DNA of 64,000 nucleotides from the human T2T-CHM13v2.0 reference genome, Homo sapiens: NCBI RefSeq assembly GCF_009914755.1, contig NC_060926.1; one strand, 5' to 3'. Shown piece by piece: positions 55,155 to 64,000 of this stretch (position 1 is its first letter; each line of letters starts with the position of its first letter). The notes under the pieces were generated by a model. It saw only the letters and a program-made list of their open reading frames with translations, ran no database searches and was not told where the DNA came from. The position numbers and the translations under genes were made by a program.

Positions 55155-55473
55155 ATTTTTTTCCTCTTTCTCCTCTTGAGACAGAGTCTTGCTCTGCTGC
55201 CCAAGCTGGAGTGTTGTGGTGGAATTACGGCTCAGTGTAGCCTTGACCTCCTGAGCTCAAGGGATCCTCCCACCTCAGCCTCCTGAGTAGCTGGGACTAC
55301 AGGTGTGTGCCACCATGCTCAGCTAATTTATTTTATTTTATTTTATTTTATTTTACTTTTTGTAGAGACAGCATCTTGCTATGTTGCCCAGGCTGGTTTT
55401 GAACCCCCAGGCTGGAGCAATCCTCCTGGCTCCCAAAGTGCTGGGATTACAGGCATGAGCCACTGCGCCCGGC
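55155..55473 (-). mobile_element. AluJ
   Basis: Reverse dimer. Confidence 0.9.
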
Positions 55474-56629
55474 TTTCATGTAGTTCTGAAGAAATTGGCT
55501 TCGGAACTGCATGGTTCTGGTTCCAAGGTGGAGCATGTGACTACGCCAGTCAGCACATTCCATTACCCTTTGGTCAGAATGATTGGATCAGTGTGGCATG
55601 TGGCCCAGTCCTGTCCAATCAGAGTAGGTGGTGTCAGGCTTTATTGCTAGCAACATGGGGACAAATATGAACCCACTTTTCTGATGTTAGCAAGATAAGT
55701 GAAACTGTGCAGACTTCTGGCAGCCTTTTTGGGACCTCCAAGGGGAGCCAGTTCAGGGATAAAACTGATATCAGGAAACAGGGAAACTGGGTCCTTGGTG
55801 ACATTGTTCAGCTGTTAGATTAACCTGAAGCCAGCCTCATCTCTGGACTTTTCAGCCCAGCAAGGTAAAAATTTCCCTTTTAAAATTTAAACCAGTGTGA
55901 GTCTGGTTTTCTGCTACAGGCAAAGGAAAGCACAAATGTGATGTTAAACACACGGAGGAGACCCCACATCAGTCACTCCCGCAGATGCTGCCAAGGATCC
56001 AGCTGCTCCACACTGTGCCGAGTGCATATCCAGATGTTCTGTCAAAGTGCTCTTGTTTCAGCCAGATGTTTAGTATCTTGTAGATGGAAGGTTAACTTGA
56101 TTTAGTGCTTAAATGCAAACATCCTTCCCTCTCTCTCACCCACTCCCTAGGCCTGGTATCTGCCCACTCATAGCCCCTGCCATGTGGCTGTGCCCCATCC
56201 ACATCCTGGGGCAGGCGCTATGTTTTGTATCTTGTAATAGCACCCCCTCGCTTGTCCTCATCCTCTCTAGCCATTTGGGCCAGGGATTGGGATCCAGCCC
56301 AGAGGGCCAGTCTAGAAGCAATAACCGATGTGTAGCTTGGCATGAAGAGATGCGCTGGGGCAGTCAGTCTTTCTTTGTCTCTCTGAGGTAAGAGATCTTG
56401 AAGAATGAGGCAGTTACAGGTAAAGCCACAAAGCAGAGATAGGCCCTAGAAGAACGTCAGGCAAGTGGAAGTGACGTGGAAGCAGAGATGAGGAGCAGGT
56501 GATGGCTACAAGGAAAGAAGAGCTATCCTAGAGTCCGGGGAAAGAATGAGAAGAGGATGGAGCAGATTCAGAGGGAAGCAGACTCCCGGAGAGAGGGGAT
56601 GAGCCACTGAGAAGGAGATAGAGAGCAAT

Positions 56630-57020
56630 CAGACAGGGCAGGCTAGGTTCTGCTGTGGAAACAACCCCAAATATCAGGGGCTAAGCCCAACAAGAGTTTC
56701 TTCTTGACCACGCATGACCTGTCCATCACAGGTCAGCAGGGAAGGCTCCGTGCACCATAGTCACATGGGAACGTAGGCTGATAGAGGCTGATGCGTGCTT
56801 CCACAGTTGCAGAGGCAGGTGAAGGAAGTTTAGCCAATTGTACACTGGCCCTTAAGGCTTCTGTCTAGAGTGACACATGCCCCTTCTGCTTACAATTCAT
56901 TGACTAAAGCAAATCTCATGGCTGTGCCTAATTTTAAAGATGGAAGAGTCGTGCAATGCTACTGTCTGTGTGGAAAGAGGAGAAACAGGAATATCTGTGA
57001 CCAGCTTTATTGACTGCCAC
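56630..57020. mobile_element. MLT1J/K-type LTR
   Basis: ggctaggttctgctgtggaaacaaccccaaatatcagggg...aattcattgactaaagcaaatctcatggc. Confidence 0.65.
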
Positions 57021-57491
57021 AGAGTAGGGAGCTGGTCCCTAGAGCTGCCTCAGATCCCACAGGCTAAAATTTCATGTGGCCCTGCCATCCTGTGATCCTG
57101 GTTTATACTTACACAATGTTCCTCTTACCCCACACATGCTTCACAGTGCCCACCATCCTCCACGTACATTTGTGTATTTCTTGCAGCTTAAGACATCCCT
57201 CCCTAGACTTCTTCCTTCTTTTGAATGCTCCTTTCCCAACTGGGGGCTCCCTCCTTCAAACGGTCTAATGCGGCACAAATTCCTTTGTGTCTTTGTTTTG
57301 CAGCAAGGTGGGAGGATCTACAAACCCTTTTACTGGGGAATATCAGAGAAGACTGCCAGAAATTCTACTTGTACACATAAAGACCTTGTAGGTTCCCCTG
57401 GCAGACACTGTTAATAATACAAATCTATATGGTATTCTAGTGCTCACTATTTGCTAAGCACTGTGCTAAGAACTTTGAATTATCTCATTTA

Positions 57492-57811
<320 letters not shown>

Positions 57812-58169
57812 TTAAAACCTCACTTTGCAGATGAAGAAGCTACGGCATAGAGAGGTAAGCAACTCTCTCGGTGCACCTCATATTCCAGTACACACCCAAG
57901 AGAGATGGTGGGCTTTTGGGGCTGATGGACCAGCCCTGGAGACTGAGGTTAATCTCTGGGGAGGGAAGTAAAAGGAAGGAGGCCGCTTCAGGTGGGCAGA
58001 GCTTACCTCCAAGGAAGAGACAACCTGGGATCCAGGAGAAACACACTTAATGGGGCAGAGTGTGGTGTCCTTCAGATGCACTTGGCCCAGACTCAAGTTA
58101 TTCGAGAAGATTGAGAAACAAAAAGAAAAGAAGCTGTCTCTGGTTGAGCACGTATAGTGCCCAAACTGT

Positions 58170-58500
58170 GGTCTCTAAGTATCTTTTCTCACTGAAGGGA
58201 ACCAAGGCTTCTTGGAGAATTGCCTGTTTCCAGGTCTGGGGCAACAAATACACAAGATGAGCCCAGAACATCCTGAACCAGAAAGCGAGAAAGTGACCAA
58301 ACACCACGAGGGGCATGTCAAAAGGACTCAGGTGCCAACTTGAAGGAGCTCCCACTGGATAAAATGGGATTATTTGTGCATCCCAAAACAAACCAAAACA
58401 AACATACAAAAATCCTGCAATGAGCTGAAACACATCAAATATTGTAAAATCCAAGAATTCAAAATGACAACAAAAAAGAACCAAGTCACTATTCTGAGAA
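58170..58500 (+). mobile_element. L1MC-type 3' fragment
   Basis: ggaaccaaggcttcttggagaattgcctgtttccaggtctggggcaacaaatacacaagatgagcc. Confidence 0.7.
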
Positions 58501-60589
58501 CTGATCAATTAAGGAAACATGTTTTTTTAAAAACTGTCTTTGGGGCCTCCCAGATACACAGTGAATTTGAGGGTTAGTTGGAAGGCACCCCATGTTCTCT
58601 CCAAGATTCTTTTACTGGCTTTCTCCAGGCCTGAATTTCCACCATTAGAGACTCATTTCTTTGGGTTTACAAAGTTTCGGAATCAAAGTCAAAATACCCT
58701 TGGGAAAGGTTTGTTGACTACTGTCCTTGAAGATCGTGGTAAAGGGAAAGTGGAAAGTCCTGTGGTTCCTAGGGTCTGGATAGATAGTGCTACAGCCAGA
58801 GAAGAGGAGCCAGGAAGGTCAAAGGATTTGGCAACATCAGCTCGGGCAGGGATTCTTCAACCTGAATGTGCAGGAGAATCCCATGGCTGGCCATCTAAAG
58901 TTCAGCTCCTCAGTGGCCCAATCACATGGGTTCTGATCCAGCAGGTAGAAAGAATGGAAGAAAGGTACATTTTATTACATACTCCAGGTGATTAGGACAC
59001 AGGCGGTCCTGCCATCGCCCTCTGGGGGACACTGGATCTTCCTTCTTGGACTGTGTACCTTCCTGCTCCAGAGCCCCTGACCATCAAGCTGAGCACCGAC
59101 AGCCACTGCAGACTCCATCAGGCCCTCTCTCTGGGATCTCTTCGGTACTGCCAGCTCCCTTAAAGGTGCCAGGCTCTTCCCTGTATGGAGAAGCTGGCAC
59201 CATAGAGAAGCGACGCAGCCACACAGGTCCTGGTGCCAGCTCTGAGCTGCCTGCTCTCGTCCTGTCTCACGGCTTCCCAAGCTGACGGACCTGCCTGGCT
59301 TCTCATGTGACTGCCCACTCACTCCTGGCCTGATGCTTGACAACACGTCTGGGACTCTCCTGGGCCAAGGACCCTACATCTCAGCCCAGGTCCCGCATGC
59401 TCTCTCAGTCCTGGGATCCCTGTCTCCTTTCCCATGCCACCTCCCAGCATCCTTGTTCCTGGGCAGGAGGTGCTTTGCAGCCCTGCTCCTCAGCTCTGTG
59501 ACCCAGCCAGATTGGTGGCCAACTGCCCTCACTCTGGGGTCAGCTAACCACCTCTCTGTCCTCCTCCTCACCCTGCCACCTCACCTAGTCCCTTCCACCT
59601 CCATGGACTTCCCCTGGGGCCTCCCTCCCCACATCACAACCCTCCTTTGCTGAGATGAGCCCCACATCCCATGAGCTCATCCTTTCTTAGCAATGCTCCT
59701 CGGACCACCTCTTCCCCATGGACTGAGCCCCAGCTGGGGGCTGACCTTCGGCATCAAACGCCTGGCCCTTGACTCACAGCTCCCCTGTTCTGACACCCGG
59801 CCTTTGCCTGACCCCATGGGCAGGCCTGGGCGCCAGCCTTGCCCCCCCTGGCTGGCCCGTCCCCCTGCCGCCTGAGCCTGGGTTATGACATCTTTCCACT
59901 GAGCAGCTCTTATTTTGAGAAGGCAAACACGGCGGCGCCCACAGGCATGTGCACACGCCAGCACACGCACACACATACCCTGTCCATCCCCGGACTCCTC
60001 GCGCACTGGGGTTAAAATGTGGCTGGCCATGTTTATTTTTCTTCCTCTAATTTCCCCTTTGGAACAAACAACAGTCCTGTAACCCCGATCACCCTCCCCT
60101 TTCAGATCTGTGGTCTCCCACCACCCTTCTCCCGGGTCCTCCCCTCGCAGCTGTGAATGAGAACAGAGTAAGTCTTTTAGCGGGAGGCAGCAGCCTGAAT
60201 GAATTGATCACAGCCTCAAAGCCAGCAGGATGGGGGGATGGTGAGCATGTGTGTTTGCTTCTTAAACGCTATTTGTACACCCTGAAGCTTCTATTTTTCC
60301 ATGTGACTTGGAGCAAATGCCTTCCCCCAGCCCTCCATCCTTTTAAAATTTATTTCATTTCATTTTTGGTCCAATGCATTTTGTTTTCTGTTTTCTACAA
60401 GGGAGCCCGAATCAGGGCCTCAGAAAAACAAGGCCGAGCTGCCAACTGGAAATGTTTGCTCTGGGGGCGAGTTCGGAGGCTGGCGTCAGGCGGGGCAAGA
60501 TCCGTGCCAGTGGAATGTGATTTGGGGAGGAAGCTGCAGGTCACTCAATCGCTGGCAGCCAGCCCGGGAGCAACTGGATGCTTTCTGGG

Positions 60590-60590
<1 letters not shown>

Positions 60591-60634
<44 letters not shown>
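60591..60634. repeat. (TG)22 microsatellite
   Basis: Pure TG run. Confidence 0.98.
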
Positions 60635-60639
<5 letters not shown>

Positions 60640-61069
60640 AGAGTTTTTTCCCTCATGCAAACAGAGCTCTGGAGACATGGAGACAGAAGCATTAGGAACA
60701 AATGAGACAGGGGGTTGGAAAATCAGGGGATCTGGGGGAATAAGGTGGGCTGGGGCGGGGAGAGGGTGCCAGGAGCTTGAGCAGCCATGTTATTCAGCAT
60801 GTGCTGTGTGTTCAGCTCTGAGCTGGGAGCCTGCAGGAGCAAGGAGGGCTGCAAACCACATCAGCCCCCAGTGATCTGTGGGTTCTTTGGAGAAACAAGG
60901 CTTTCAGTATAGAACACTGGCAGGTGAGCCTGGAAGTTCCCAAGAGCGGAGTGTGTTCCTCTGGGCTGAGTGTGTCCAGGGAAGGCTTCCTGAAGGAGGT
61001 GTGGTAGGATCAGAGCCCTGAAGCATGTATGGTACTGCACTGAGAGGAGAGGAGAGACGTTCAAGGTGC

Positions 61070-61310
61070 AGTTATTAGCTGCCATCTGCCAAGCCCTGTG
61101 CTCAGCCCTTTACATTGATAATCTCCCTTTAATCCTCACAACAACCCTATGAGGGCCAGTAATCTTTCTATCCTAGCTTTGCAAACAAGGAAACTGAGGC
61201 CCGGTGAGATCAAGGAACTCAGCCAAACTCCCAGCTTGTAGGTGGTGAGCCAAGGGTCAATTCGGGACCATCCTTGTCCAAAGCCTGGGCTCTGTCCACC
61301 ACCGCTGAGG
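61070..61310 (-). mobile_element. MIR
   Basis: tttaatcctcacaacaaccctatgagg...ggaaactgaggccc. Confidence 0.8.
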
Positions 61311-62594
61311 GCCACTTTTCACTTAGCCGAGTTCCTTGTGGAAGGGCTTGTTTTCCCTGCCCCACTCAAAAGAGGATTGTTGAATTCAAGATGGGGAATG
61401 TTGGGGACCTAAGATGCCAGGGTCGACTTCCAGGGGGCAGTGTGACAAATGCTCCGAAGCCAGAGAGATAAACTACCTTGTTTCCTTGTTCCCAGGAGGT
61501 AGTGGCTGGGCCCCTTGGCAGTCCCCCCAGGGTTCATATCAGGTCAGCCCTCTCCTGCAGCCTACCCCCCTTACCAATGACCCACGCCACCCTCACACTC
61601 CCCCACACACCCCCATCACATGTCAAGTTCTTTGCCACCCCAAAGTGAAGGTCCGCCCACTTCCAGGAGTCCTCAGAAGTTATCTGTGTTGTTCTGAGTC
61701 ACGCACGAAACTCAGTGAACCAGACAGAATGGATTTTCCCCAGGCAGCCACCACAACCCTGGAGTTGGAATCAGGAGACCTGAGCCAACTGAGTGGGGGG
61801 CAATTGGTTAAAGTCAACAGTCTACCTCCTGTGTGATATCAAGTGAGCCATGTCCATTCTTGAGCCTCAGTTTCCTCAGTTTTAAAATGAGGAGTGGCCT
61901 GAATGGTTTTTGAGCTGTCACAGATGGAAGGAGAGGCTCTAAGGCAGTGGAACTATCTGCAGGTGTTGGAAGGGTCAGTCAGGAAGACTTTCTCGAGGTG
62001 TTCAGCCCACTGCAGAAGGATTCTCTGGCAGAGGAAGCAGGATCTGTCACGGGCTCAAAAGGGGAAAGGAAAGAAGCCAGGCTGGAAGGGCAGGAGGAGA
62101 TGATGGTGAGGGAGGTAGAGTCCTGGCCAGGGTGGCTAGAACAGCTTGACTCAAGCTTGTCTGGTAGTAATCAGACGGCCAGTGATCCATCTGATTAAAA
62201 CAACTTTGTTGACCACTTGGGAGTTCTATTGTCTTGAGCTCAGATAGTTGGTTAGCCTCCCCCATGAACTCTTTTTGGCCAAACTGAGCACTAACGTTAG
62301 GTAGACACTGGCTTGGGGCTTACCTGGGCCTGATACATCACCTACATTGGTTGAACTGACCAGTCGATTCCACGAGACAACTAATTTTACCGATTATTTC
62401 CAGGAAACAGGCAGTTTATAGCATTAACTAAAATCAGCAGTTGTTCTGGCTTTTTGGAGACAGTCTTTGGATCTGACATCTTCAGTCCTCAGAGACATTC
62501 AGGCTACCTGCCACTGACCAACAGTAGTCAGATTCCTGAGAAGGCTGGGAAAAACCCTACCAACAACGGGCGTCAGGACTCAGTCTCTCTCATC

Positions 62595-62622
<28 letters not shown>
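62595..62622 (+). repeat. A28 tract
   Basis: Pure poly(A). Confidence 0.95.
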
Positions 62623-62626
<4 letters not shown>

Positions 62627-64000
62627 GGATCGAACTAGACCAGGAGTGGCAAACACATGGTGTGAATCCTGCCACTCCTTTTCTTTCATCCATGGCAGAC
62701 ATTGCTAATCAATTATAGCACTCATTCCCAAAGGGACCCAGATGCAGCCTCAGGATCCTTTTCAACACAGAGCTTCAGGCAGCCTCTACCAATCAATTAG
62801 ATTTGGCATGCGTGATAAAAAGCATTTGTCCTCTGGACTAGATGATCTCCAAGCCTCCCTCCAGCTGTGCTGATCTAGAATTGCAACTGATTAGGCATCT
62901 TGAGGACTCAGCCTGGGGACCACCAGGTCTACAGCTGTCCCTGGGGCATCCAGGTCTGTGGGGCTGCCCTCGAGCTGGTGCCTTATTAATTTTCCTCACT
63001 GCTAATAAATGTGCATTGCGTCAGCTCTGTTCTGCCCCCTCATGTTCTCTGGCTGCTGCCATCAGTGGGGACTTTTTCAGAGAGCTGCAAAAATAGTTTT
63101 TTGTTGTTGTTGTTTGAGGAGCCTACACAGAAGCAGCAGCCAAGGCTTTTTTGCTCCCTTTCTTTTCTGAGGGAATGGGGAAATGCGGAGGGAAGACCTC
63201 ACAATGAAGGAATGTGCTCCTTGGGGAACTGAAAGTTGTTTTCCTTAAAGAAGAAGAAGATGAAGAAGAAGTCAGCACACTCTAACTTCACATCTAGCCG
63301 CAAAGCACATCTGCGGGGATTGCTAACAGCTCCCAGGAGATCGCTGGCTCAAGCCAAGCCTGGTTAGGCTGTTGACAACTAGGTCCTGATGAGCAGAGCC
63401 CTAATGAGCAGCTTGCTCACTGTCTGCCCTCCCGGCTCATCCCTCGTTGATGTTCATTGGGCTCATCGAGGCCCTGGGAGACAGTTTTTCTTGCCTGCGA
63501 TGGATGTTAGGCATGCAGGGGAGCTCACTTTCTCACGGGTGAATGTTTCACTTTTCCCCACTGCTGTGCTCTGGGGTTTTTAAGAGGCTTAAGACAAATC
63601 CTAAGACACTAGGGATGGGAAGAGCTTGAGATCTGTGGGTTCCACCTCCCCCTCTCTTTTCTCCGTTTATAGATGAAGAGGCTGAGGCTTGCGGTGGGGC
63701 GGGAGGGGGAAGATAGAGGACAGGGGAGGCAGATGCCGAAGGGTACCGAGCTGGTCCTGGGAAGACAATGCATCTCTCAACTTCCAGACCACTAAGTCAG
63801 AGGTGCAGAAAACTCAGAGAGTGTCCAGCCCAGAGCTTCTTGAACTTGAGTAACATATGCCCTTGTCCCAAAAGGAAACACATTGTCCCAGAACCCTAAG
63901 ATCAGAATTATGCTCTTGTACTTTATGTTTTTAATTCTTATATAACTATAAGCCCAAAACAAATTAATAAATGAATACAAGCAAAACTACAAAGGTGATC

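Overview
This is human DNA from the GNLY (granulysin) locus, which lies between SFTPB and ATOH8 on 2p11.2; neither neighbour's exons are in the window. The only intact protein-coding gene is GNLY (+ strand, 5 coding exons 12475-16631, 145 aa, Ile119 allele), with an alternative exon in intron 1. There is a decayed GPR160 retro-pseudogene (- strand, about 3380-5600) and a 3'-truncated U1 snRNA pseudogene (- strand, 46081-46185). The rest is Alu/L1/L2/MIR/MaLR/Tigger repeats and non-coding DNA, and nearly all track ORFs are spurious. I found no new coding system. The most unusual structure is a nested rearrangement at 45.4-47.8 kb: an old inverted duplication, a U1 retrocopy inserted into one arm, a 158-bp inverted templated insertion with a snap-back hairpin junction, and a 38-bp direct copy. 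Other leads are an E-box/AP-1/C/EBP cluster at the GPR160 pseudogene 5' end, a CRGDS tail on GNLY if the last intron is retained, a 76-nt near-perfect hairpin, and candidate STAT5 and CTCF sites. Repeat subfamilies and boundaries were judged by eye, and all alignments were done by hand.
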